DNA of 35,233 nt from Welwitschia mirabilis (lineage: Eukaryota). The DNA lies in NCBI GenBank assembly GCA_051453625.1, contig JBOZIK010000001.1, forward strand, positions 49,033,493 to 49,068,725. The letters run 5' to 3'. The position numbers were made by a program, and so were the translations under genes. Below are positions 24,730 through 35,233 of the stretch, piece after piece. Position 1 is the stretch's first letter; every line of letters begins with the position of its first letter. The notes beneath the pieces were generated by a model that saw nothing but the letters and a program-made list of their open reading frames with translations, was not told the DNA's origin and made no database searches.

Positions 24730-24978
24730 AATTATAGTTTTGTGATGACTTTTGGCCATCATAAATTCTAGTTTTATGATAATTTTATGATGATAATGAT
24801 AATAGCTTTTAATGGTCATGAATTAGTGATTTTATGATTTCCAGATGACAAAGATGATGATGCTTTGTAACCATCATAAAGTAGTTATGATGAGGGATCT
24901 AACCACATTTAAAAACTATCATTAAAATGTTTTAATAATGGTTTGTAGTCATTATTAAAACATGTTTTTGTTGTAGTG
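24730..24978. mobile_element. CACTA (En/Spm) DNA transposon terminus with subterminal repeats
   Basis: TTTTTGTTGTAGTG at 24965-24978 is the reverse complement of CACTACAACAAAAA. It is preceded by direct and inverted CCATCATAAA / TTTATGATG motifs, likely deaminated CCGTCGTAAA-type subterminal repeats. The other end was not found. Confidence 0.75.
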
Positions 24979-25004
24979 GTTATTTTAAATATGTAAATTA
25001 AAAG

Positions 25005-27500
25005 TGAGAGAATGGATAATAGATTTGGGATGTTTTAATTGAGTTGCATTTAAAAAATCATTTTGATAATGTTGCATTATTTAAACTTTGTATGATTTAA
25101 CTTATTATAATTTTTTTATAGAAACCTATTCTTACTTAAATTGTGTCATTGCTAGATCACCTTCTTCAAGTTTAGCATATTGCCTTCAATAACCTACCAT
25201 TTTCTTATTCTTTAATATATATTTTTAATTTTGCATTTTTACATATTTATGAAGATTTATAATTCTAATTGCAAATTTATCTACCTTTTCTAATGAAGCT
25301 TCAACCTTTTAAACCTTATCTAGTGTTTTTAGATGTAACTCATTTACCACTATAAATGGTGTTTTCTATGCTTCTATTAAGGCATTATTGTATGTAAACT
25401 CAATACGAGAGAGATAATCCTCCCAATTTTTACATTTTAATTAATAAGAATTGAAATAATTTTCTAACACTCTAATTCATAACTTATGTTTGACCATAAA
25501 TTTATGGGTGGTATCTATGACTTTATTCCCAATAATTTCCACTAAATTTTTCAAAAATGTGATAGAAATTTAAATCTCTGTCTAAAAGAATAATATTATG
25601 TAATTCATGTAACCTCATAATATCATGTGGGAATAAATCTTATACATGTAATGAATCACTTGTCTTGATACATGGGATGAAATATATTATTTTATTAAGT
25701 CAACTAATCACTTCTAATATGAGGTCATTACCTCTTTTGAATTGAGGTAAACTAAGAATAAAATGTAATACTTAAATCCTTTTAAGATCTTATAGAGATT
25801 TATAATGACATGTACAAACCTAGATTAAAGATCTTTATTTAACAAATTCTTTCATTTCGCATACATTTTTGTACATCCTTATGTAAGTAAGCAAATAACA
25901 GTACCTCTAAACCAATGCATAGGTTTTTTTCGACATCACCATGTATTATCATATTTTTACTATGCTTTTCTTATAAAATGTTATTCCTCATAGAACATTT
26001 AGGATCGGATAATAGCATATTAAATATGGAAATATTTTTAATGATATCCTTTTAATGATATTTTTACCATACTTCATACTTCTTCAAACTCTAGGTTACA
26101 TTAAGGTCTAAAAGATGAAATTAATTAACCTCAAACTTCCAATAACTCATAAATTATGTAATCCTACTTAATGCATCTACCACTTTATTAATTTTTCCAA
26201 TCTAAGGCTTGATAACAAAGTTTAACTCCTATAATTTCTCTAATCACTTGATCTCCTTAACACTCAATTTATCTTAACTATTAAAATATTGCAAAGTTAT
26301 GATCCATAAAAATAGTAAATTTCTTATGAAATAACTAATGACTTCATATTTTTAAAGCTTGTAGAATATCATAGAATTCTTTTCCACCATCTAAATATCT
26401 ATTCTTTATTTCATTCAACGTTTTATTGAATAAAGAAATGGACTCATTCCCTTAATTAAGAACTCCATTAATAGATTTTTATTAGCATCATACTCTACTT
26501 CAAATATTTTGTTATACTATGGTAGTGCAAGAATAGGTTGCATGATAATAATTTTCTTAAGTTCTTAAAATATTGCATTTGCTTCATTTTTCCATTATCA
26601 TGAATGCATAAATCTTATTAAAATAACTAATAAACCTTTGGTGATAACTAAAAAATTCCATGCTTTATAGATCTTTAATAGATTTGAGAGTGGACAGATT
26701 CATAATAGCTTAAATCTTATTATATTTCATCTTAATGATATCCTTCAAAATCATCACTCTAAAGAGTATGAGTTTTAGTTGTGCAAAGATACACATCTTA
26801 CAAGTCATTGATAGATTTTTCTCCTACATGCACTATAAGATGTTTTACTATGCTACTTTCTCTAGTGGATTTTGGATATATAAACTAGAATATCATCTAG
26901 AAATATAATAACAAACTACAACATCACTACTTAAATTAATTTTATTAAGCATATTTTGTCTTAAGATTTAAATTCATTGAAATGTTTAGTGTCTTTAGGA
27001 AAATTAGATATTACAAATATTTCTTATAAAATTAAACATATATTATTTTGGTTTGCAAATAATAGTGATTATATCCTTTTATGGCCTATACTTATTTCTA
27101 TTTTTTTGAGAAATAGAGATATCTTGTTTATGATTAATGAGATGTAAACTTATTAGCATATATATATGGATATAGGTTTAGGATAATTCTTAATTAATAT
27201 TATAAGAGGTTGTAACTCCTATTGATAGTATTTCAACTTGATATCTGTTACCTTTTGTTTGTGAGATTATTGTACTTTGAATACTAGAATATAATAAACA
27301 TGACTAGGCTAAACTCTCTAGGCTTTAGAAATCACCTTGATATATTGCCAAAAACATGACAAGCAATACATAAAATTACAAGTGACTCCTGCTTCCTTGA
27401 AAAATTTTAGGATGGTGTAACATAATTCTTTAACATAAGGGATTAATATATTAATTTGGAGTATGTCCACAAATGAGTAGGATAGAAGAGTAATGAAACC
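25005..27500 (-). pseudogene. Decayed Ty3/gypsy chromovirus (CRM-like) pol: RT-RNase H-integrase
   Basis: RT FLDDILVY at ~26880-26910 and RNase H end NKVVDALSR at ~26164-26190. Integrase pieces: PKCSMRNNIL*EKH, RGNDLILEVI, YFIPCIKTSDSLHV, IMRLHELHNIILLDRD, YHP*IYGQT, NWEDYLSRIEFTYNNA and EEGDLAMTQ..YNKL. Confidence 0.88.
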
Positions 27501-30499
27501 TACGTCTAGAAGGGTTTTATACTAAAAAGTGTAATGCAACCCAACTTGGTGGTGAAATCCAATTAGGGGGATGTTAATTATTAGTATTATCTTAATTTAG
27601 TTATTATCTCATGAATTCATTACAAAAATATATAAATACAATCCTAATTAATATGGATACTTAGTTTATTATTTACTTAAGAAAAATAAGTCTACCTAGG
27701 TTTATTCTTTAAGGCACTTATACATAAAAGGAAAAACAAGCATACATAATCTTCATTTAGCATATTAAAAGATAATTGCATCTAAAAAGTGTAGGAATCA
27801 TGATTAATCTTATGGAAATAACTCCATTTTATTTTACATTAATCATAGTATCTTGTAAACAAATCATCATGCTATATGTATAAAGAAAACTATTTCATCA
27901 TGGAACACCTTTCTCTAAGTTCAACTAGTAAATATTAACAAGATAATCTGATTAATGAGAAGAAATGAGAGCAGATATAGAGACTAAATAAATACAAAAC
28001 ATAATGCTTACTTCAAGTTCATGTAAGTATAAACTAAATAAAAGGGACAAAAATCAAATGAACTAATTAAGTTAACTAGTTTGCTAAAGTGAAAACCCTC
28101 ATAAATTTCTATATACGTGTGTTAAAATAAAAGAACGCAAGTAAAAAAGAGAATGATTACACATTTCTTAAATAATTAATTAGTCAAACTTAACTTATGC
28201 CAAATAAGAAAGTTACTTGTTATTTAAGAATAAAGGCCTTAATAAGAAGGTAAAACATTGTACTTTATAAAAGGAAATTTGGTAAAAATCATATAAAATA
28301 AATTTATTCTAAGTACTATCCACATTAATTATAGGTTTTTATTTCTTTTTAAGAGATACCAAAATTAAAAATTATTAATTATTTATTTATAAAGGTAAAG
28401 ATAAATTATGATAATTTTTTTAAACTAGACTCATGATATTATCTTCAAAAATTAATTGTATTAAGTTTAGATTCTTATAGCTATATTTCCTAAGATCATA
28501 CTTTCAGTGTAAGAATTGTCTAAAGTTTTAGATTTCTTATAATCCCACACTATGAACTTCTAACTACTTTGAATTTTTAAGTGGGAGGGTATAAGATCCT
28601 AAAAAGATGTTTTATTAATATTGAAAGAATTAATTTTACAACATTAAGAGTAAAACAATAGCCAATAACCTAAAATGTATAATAATAAGAAGCTAAACTA
28701 TAGAAGCATAGAAGAAAATGTATTATAAAAGAAGGGTAAAAAAATAACTAAAGCAAGGAAAAGCTATGTCAACTATAATTTGTAGGAAATCATGACATGA
28801 GTAATTGCATTGAAGAGTCGACTTGTAATTTCTCCTTCACGACATAGGCATGAACATGAAAATATACTAGTTAAAGAAAAACTACATTTTTCTTGTAAAT
28901 CCAAGAAAAAGGAGCTAGAGACATTTGGTTTAATGAAGTATAAATCATATCTTCACTTCCATATAGACATTTGATTTTCTAAAGAGTAAATTACATCTTA
29001 TTTTCCATCTAAAATAAAGAATGCATGGTTTAATGATGTTCTATAAAAAATGGTTGAGCTCAACCTAAATTCCAATTGATTCCTAAAAGAATGATGTCCA
29101 AATTCATGGATGAATATGGAAGAAAAAGAGACATCTAAGTTCATGCATCTTTGGCAAACAGACAATAAACAAGAACATGCAGAAAATCATCCTCTTGATT
29201 GCAAACTAAATAATGTGGATTTAAGACTCCCAAATATTATAGGTGATTACAACTAAGAAGACCTTAAAAAATTAAGTACCCAAGAAAGTGCTTAATTGTA
29301 TAAGGAGCTCAAAACTTGTAACTTATTCTTAAAGTAGAAATCTAAAGAGATGATGCATGTTTCATGTGTTATGTATGGTTATAGCTAACTCCTATGTTAG
29401 TAGCATTTTATAGAAAGGTGTAGGATTTACTTGAGAAATATGGAAGAATAAGTGTGTAATCTACCCAACATAGATCCTTTATATGTAGAGAGCCATTATC
29501 TAAGATATGATAAGCATGAAGTAAAATTGAAGTTTAATACAAGCTTGTCAAAGACCAATAAAATTCCCATATGTATATGGAAAATCTAACAAGTTGATCT
29601 AACCATTTCCTACCCATAAATTTTGTAAATAAGTTAATCCTCTATTAAACCATCTTGTAGCTAGCTTAGGATTTGAACTAAAAGAGCATGAGTAAGAGGT
29701 GACCATCAAGGAATAATATATTGAAGCAAAAATGTAGAAATTTTCATATTTGTCTAAGAGACAAAAGAATGAACCCTTTAAAAAGCCTTCCAATACTTTT
29801 AAAAGCATGTGTAAATTGGATGCTAATATTAAAAGAAGTAAGACATTAACTAATTAGATGAATATACTTCAATATTTAGTGGTTAAAAGGAAATAAATTC
29901 TTAAGTCTAAGGAACAATAATGTAGAAACAAAGAAAGTAAATATGAAGGTTTAAAGAATTCATTTAATATCTAAAATATCTCCTTGAGAATATAAATTAA
30001 TAAGACCTAAATCACATTTTCTTTAGACAAGGTTTTAATGCTTAAGAAACTTTGTGGAAACCTTTTTTACCTTCATCATAAGACCATATAAAGCTTTAAA
30101 GCAATTTTATAAGCTCAGAATAAGTAATTTGAATAATCCCAATAAGACGAATACTAAACATGGGTAGACAAAATAATAGATTTACAAACTAGATACTAGG
30201 CTACAATAAAAGACATTTTTATCATCCATTTTTCACTTTCTTTGAATTTCCTTTGAAATTTTTACAATGTCCAATTGCATGGCAATGAGGGGACAACTTG
30301 GACATATTTAACAATTGTTTTAAGTATGCTTTTAGGTGCTTTAACATGTTTAATAATCAAATTAACCCTTTTTGATACCAAGGACTAAAGAAAGAGAATC
30401 GAGCATAATTTAGATAAAATATGAGAAATTCTAAAGGATTGTAAGAGGTTATTCACTTTGCCATCCAGATGAGGGGAGAAGACAATAACCAACCATAAT

Positions 30500-30584
30500 A
30501 TTCAACCTACCACCAAATTCCATCTATTACTAGATTCCAACTCTCACTAGATTCCATTTACCATTAAATTCGGCCTACCACTAG
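30500..30584. repeat. Five 17-bp degenerate tandem units in LTR C
   Basis: ATTCAACCTACCACCAA / ATTCCATCTATTACTAG / ATTCCAACTCTCACTAG / ATTCCATTTACCATTAA / ATTCGGCCTACCACTAG. Confidence 0.85.
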
Positions 30585-31033
30585 ATTTCAAAATGCCCAA
30601 ATGGAAGTCAGCTAAGGTAAGGAGATGACGACCTACCACTACATTCCATCTACTACAAGATCCCATTACAATTAATTCCCAAAAAGTCAAAGTGATAGTA
30701 ATTAGTGAATAATCAATTTTACCTATTACTTAAATTGTAATGTAACCATCCCTTATTAGTTAGCAATTATAACCATTCATTCAAATCTATATAAACCTCC
30801 CTTAAGTATTCCTTTTTGACATATTTCTTATTAAAGAATTTTGGGGTAAGGAATCCATCTACTTGTGAGAAGAGCTATACTTAGTGTTAGGCTAAGTATC
30901 CTCCATTAAGGGAATGTTACTTATAAGTGGATATATAAAAGTATATTTTGATTACTAAAATGTGCTTTATTTCTATCAATTATATCTCATTGTGTCTTCC
31001 TTATATCTTATATTAGTGTCAATTTAATACTAC

Positions 31034-31256
31034 AATAGATTAGATCTGATATTGATATAGGGTATAAGGACCACCCTAGATAGCAAGAAGTTAGTAAAAT
31101 TAGTTAAGTTTATTGCATTGAGGTCACTTTCATTTTCATTGCATGTAATAGATTAGATCTGATTTTGATATAGGATATAAAGGTCAAATTGGATAATAAT
31201 TAGTTAGTAAAATCAATTAAGTTTATTTCATTAAGGTCACTTTCATTTTTGTTGCA
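31034..31256. repeat. 113-bp-period imperfect tandem duplication in LTR C
   Basis: AATAGATTAGATCTGAT...GGTCACTTTCATTTT..TTGCA starts at 31034 and again at 31147. Confidence 0.9.
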
Positions 31257-31502
31257 CTAGATTTTTAATTTCCCTTTTATGTCATTCATCTTATTATTAC
31301 ATTCTTAATTTTACTTACTTTAAAAAAAACAAAAATAATTTCTTTCTCTTTTAAATGAATTAATCTTTCTAATACTCTAATTGCTTTAGTAGTTTACTAC
31401 CTTTGGATTGTACACTATACTAACATGTGTCTTATGTAAGAACGTGTTCAATTTCCTAAACTAAAGATATATCTCTAATGCATACCTAAGAAATAAACAT
31501 TT

Positions 31503-31520
31503 TGGTGTTGTTGTAGGGGG
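31503..31520 (+). other. Decayed tRNA-Asp primer-binding site
   Basis: TGGTGTTGTTGTAGGGGG versus TGGCGCCGTTGCCGGGGA (12/18, mostly C>T). Confidence 0.75.
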
Positions 31521-33500
31521 AGCATTTAGGATTAGAAGGTTGGTTCTTATTACGAAAGTAAGTAAATTAAGATTTAATAATATTTACTTATGAATGTTTT
31601 ACATAAAGTTTTCCTTTCTTTAGCTTACATTTTAATTTCTGTTTTACCTTTATTATTGATTTACTTTTTGTGTGCATTTGAGGACTACTACATAACAATA
31701 AAATTTTTATATACTTTGTGTGATCTGGATGATTATCTTATGTACTATCTAAATAAATCCTTCTTGTTTTATTTTTCTTATATGCTTCTATGGATAAGAA
31801 AATACTACTATGTAAGATCTTTTTTGGAAAATATAGAAACTTATCATTAAGGCATGTTATTAAATCTAGGAAATGGATCCTTTCCTCTTTTCAACCTTCA
31901 TTTAGAAATAATAATGAATCACATAATAGATTTGACAAACCTCAACCTTTTTCCATAGAGGAATAAGAAGAAGAAATGGATTATTTATATAAATATTTTT
32001 GTTAATGTATAAATTAAAGCAATATACTTAACAAGAATTTAGAAAGATTAATAAGGGTTATCACAAAAATCTATGCACAAAAGAAACATTCACAAGTCTA
32101 CAACATCATGTCTACTACCTCTTAATTTAAAAGTAATGAGGAAGACATCAAAACTACTATAGAAGAGAATAACTACTATAGAGATATTAGATTATTTCTA
32201 GAATATCCACTTGCTTTTGGAATATCAAAGTGATAAAGAAGTATCAAATTTAAAAAAATCTAATAGTTTTCCAACACATGATGAACATAATAATCACACT
32301 TCTCTTTGTGAGATTTTGGTAAATTTAACAACTTAGATAATGAGAAAAATTAATAAAAAAGATGATGAGAACAATGATGGGAAGGATAATAAGGAAGAAT
32401 CCATAGAGACTCAATAAAATCCAATAGAGGATACACTTATCACATCCAATAAAACAACCAAACTTGAAGATTCTAACAATATCAAGAATGTTTTTCCATC
32501 TCTTCCATTTGTACTATCATGTAAAACTCAAAATAACATCCTTTATTCTATGCTCAATTCCACATTACCTTATGCTTACATTTTTAAAAAACATGATTTG
32601 AAATCTCTTGGAATCTTAAATTGAGAAAATCGTTACCTTCTTGATGAAAATCCATGACTTGAGTTGGATATTAAAAAACTTCTTAGTCATATTAAACATG
32701 TCTTAATGAATCATCCTAAGAAGATTCTTGATATTTCTTATTTTCATCCTTTCTTTTTAAGTAGTACCAATGATTTCCAATTTATTGACTATCAATTGTA
32801 ATATCAATAGTTGATGATAATTATTCTTATAAAATTTTTCACTAGATTGATAAAATATTGTTTGACATTCAAATATATCAATTTTTTTCCCTCTTATTTG
32901 GTTGCTGAAACTTGTGAAGTCAAGGTGCTATCAAGATATCGCATTCATTACCAATTGATTCTCTTTAAACTTCTCATATACTTCTCATATTCTATTCATT
33001 GGTTTCTAGATGGTTTGGCTCTTATTTTATAGGAAAGATGCATCCTAATGATTTCTAGATGCTATTTCCACTTGGTATGAATCTTGAAATTGTGATACGG
33101 AACTCATAAGGTGTTTTCTTTATATATCTTCAAAGGATGTTTGTATCATTATAGAGAAAGGAAATATCATGGAAGAACATGATTTCATTCATTTCTATGG
33201 ATCAACGTGATTTCATTTATTTTTTAATCTCATTAAATAATTTTCCATATGACAAAGGAGGAAAAAATAAACTAAAGAACTACATACTAGAAACTTATGA
33301 AAATTGTTTGAATCTTACAAATGATTATGTATCAATCCTTATTGATTCCTTAAATGATATATGTAAGGATTTTTCTTTCTTTAATGTAATAAAGTTATTC
33401 AGTTCAATTGACTACTCAAAAGACAAAATGAAAAGAAGACAAAAAACAAGTGAATGACTCTACCGAATTATTTTTTAATTTTAAAATAAATATTTAGAAG
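31521..33500 (+). mobile_element. Internal region of family C, a diverged relative of family A (decayed ORF; right end uncertain)
   Basis: Blocks match the reverse complement of family A: ~32020-32080 to ~1830-1890, ~32275-32420 to ~1380-1505, ~32485-32570 to ~675-765, ~32590-32730 to ~300-445. TCTAGATGGTTTGGCTCTTAT at ~33005 matches ~12201-12221. Confidence 0.72.
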
Positions 33501-34896
33501 AAAGTCTACAATGCTTAAATAAAAATGGATGGAAATATGAGATGTAATTATTTCTACATTCACTTTTTATGACCTACCCAATTATCGAATAAGTGATTCT
33601 TGGAGTGTTTTCCAAAAGAAAAAAGTAGTCGCATGCAAATTTTCAACATTTGATGAAATTGTGATAAGTTCTTTTAACAAATGCAGTTAGGATAATTACT
33701 ATTAGAGAGGTTTTTTAAATCAAAACAATATTAAAAATGATAAGAGAACAAAGGTATCTATTAAGACACTTGACTATCTCCTGAGAATCTCTCTTAATTG
33801 TCCAAATTCTTAGAAATGAATTAGAATTCTCCTTCCATGTTTTGAAAAATATATAAACTAGGAGAGTTATTGAATTATGAACTATAGGTAATATCACTTC
33901 CACTGATTTTTCACTAACTCTTATTTTCAATAATTTTGATTACATTAGTAATAGCTTGATGATGGATTTATAATGTACCTTTTTAATGATTAAAGAGACT
34001 TGAAATTTATTATACTATTATACAATTTAATATAATTTTTCTTTGTAAAGTGTAAGTTATTAACACAAGATTATCTTAGGTGTTGCATATTCAAATTCTA
34101 TGATTTAGACAACTGATCTTTGATCATGTTTCATAATCTTGTTTGCTAAAGCACAAATATTTCATACAAAATTATACATTGCTATTTATTTTTGTATTTA
34201 TTATAATGTAATACTTTTGAGAATGTCTAGTTTTTCATTTTTTGCAAATCACCTCTTAATTTTCACAAGACTAAAATGGATTTTAAAAAATTGAGAACAA
34301 GGTTTTTCTAATGGTAGTAACTTCGTCACTTGTAAGGCAAATATGTGTTTCTTCATTGTTGGTGTTCATGCTACATGCAATTGAATAGCTTAGTGTAAAG
34401 ATCCCATGTTTATGTTGTGCTACTGCTTCTTTTGATGTGTTCTCGATTTTTGAAGTTCAAAGTGTTTTGTTTTTATATGCATCTTTATGTAATTTATCAA
34501 TCTTGAAATGCATATCTCAAATTCATAAAATACTCATTTTACTTTATAATTATCAAAACCAAAAATTAGGTAACTTTCTAGGTAAAAAGAAAACCATGTT
34601 GTGTGTTTTTACTTGTGAATTGGATCATTTGCGTGTTTCATTTACATGTAAAATCACATGATTTGCTAGCTAAAAAGAAGAAATTTTTGCATATTTATTC
34701 ACTTGTAAAGATGCATAATTTGTTGTATGAATATGAAAAATATGGTGAACATTTTCTTTAATGGTTTGAAACTATAACATTGGACATGTTATCAAAAATT
34801 TTCAAAAAGTATATTGTGGGGCATTTTTCACTCAAAAAACATTTTGAAAAGTGGGAATGAAGGTTTAGTATGATTTTAATTTCTAGCACTGCACTA

Positions 34897-35134
34897 TTTC
34901 ACCTTTGGTGTTCTTTCCGATCTCAGTGCATTTCACCACTCCACCAGAAATTCCCTCTGCCCCTACCATACTCTAGCTTTGTAGTTTTCAACGCCTGTCT
35001 AGGGTTGAGCCTTGGGATTTAACGGAGGACTTGAAAAGCCACCTAAAGACACTTTACACCCAATAAATCTGGATAACGCTTGCATCCTCTGTATTACTGC
35101 GGCTGCTGGCACAGAGTTAGCTGATGTTTATTCC
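34897..35134 (-). pseudogene. rrn16: Plastid 16S rRNA fragment (V4 region), nuclear plastid insertion
   Basis: The minus strand reads GGAATAAACATCAGCTAACTCTGTGCCAGCAGCCGCAGTAATACAGAGGATGCAAGCGTTATCC...GGTAGGGGCAGAGGGAATTTC...GAGATCGGAAAGAACACC. These are plastid-type 16S signatures carrying CpG/CHG transitions. Confidence 0.93.
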
Positions 35135-35201
35135 AAAAAGACCCTTTCACTTGAGTAAAAAATTATAACGAATCATACTTTTACCACTAAACTATACCCG
35201 C
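35135..35201 (-). pseudogene. trnG-UCC: Plastid trnG-UCC 5' exon (35179-35201) plus start of its group II intron (35135-35178), NUPT
   Basis: Minus strand GCGGGTATAGTTTAGTGGTAAAA is the 23-nt exon 1. It is followed by GTATGATTCGTT...AGTGAAAGGGTC, compared with the intron start GTGTGATTCGTT...AGTTAAAGGGTC recalled from land-plant plastomes. Confidence 0.88.
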
Positions 35202-35233
35202 AACTTCTATTATTTGCATTCTAACTTCCACAT

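Larger units (their letters stand above)
30300..31499 (+). repeat. LTR of family C (Athila-like; left end approximate)
   Basis: Ends ...AAATAAACA 3 nt before a tRNA-Asp PBS. It shares the GCCATCCAGATGAGGGGAG motif with LTR A and has a TATATAAA box near 30788. Confidence 0.7.

Noticed and set aside
27300-27600. Ty1/copia RNase H end plus PPT (AGGGGGA-TGTT at ~27586-27595) on + strand
   Set aside because: The same bases read in the correct order as the N-terminal part of gypsy RT on the - strand, and no partner LTR was found. Not fully excluded.
30500-30584. Short-period repeats as a CRISPR-like array
   Set aside because: These are contiguous degenerate units without unique spacers, inside a eukaryotic LTR, with no cas genes.
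85-34661. ORF-track entries as real genes
   Set aside because: They are short, low-complexity, and either fragments or antisense shadows of decayed TE sequence. Only 4572-4793 has a recognisable domain.
34897-35201. Functional rRNA/tRNA genes or bacterial contamination
   Set aside because: The pieces are fragmentary, have plastid-specific signatures, are mutated at conserved CpG sites and are fused out of native order.

Overview
This is very AT-rich, CpG-depleted plant nuclear DNA with no intact protein-coding gene. It is a nest of old, deaminated transposon relics and has two assembly gaps (100 N at 3898-3997; 10 N at 4608-4617). It holds two copies of a Ty3/gypsy Athila-like family 'A' with a tRNA-Asp PBS on the - strand (1-3897 partial; 8515-17091 with both LTRs but no visible RT/RH/IN core) and a diverged + strand relative 'C' (~30300 onward). 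It also holds two LTRs of a family 'B' (5174-5929 -, 21034-~22233 +), a decayed Athila-type integrase (~7070-8514 -), a decayed chromovirus/CRM-like pol (~25005-27500 -) and a CACTA terminus (~24730-24978). Non-TE relics are an intron-retaining CYP72-clan cytochrome P450 pseudogene (~22240-23898 +) and a mosaic plastid insertion (16S rRNA fragment fused to trnG-UCC exon 1 and intron start, ~34897-35233 -). The most unusual item is a poly(A)-tailed, L1-like-ended retro-insertion (3998-5177) whose decayed ORF ends in a DnaJ/Hsp40 J-domain. All alignments and translations were done by eye; boundaries marked ~ are approximate.
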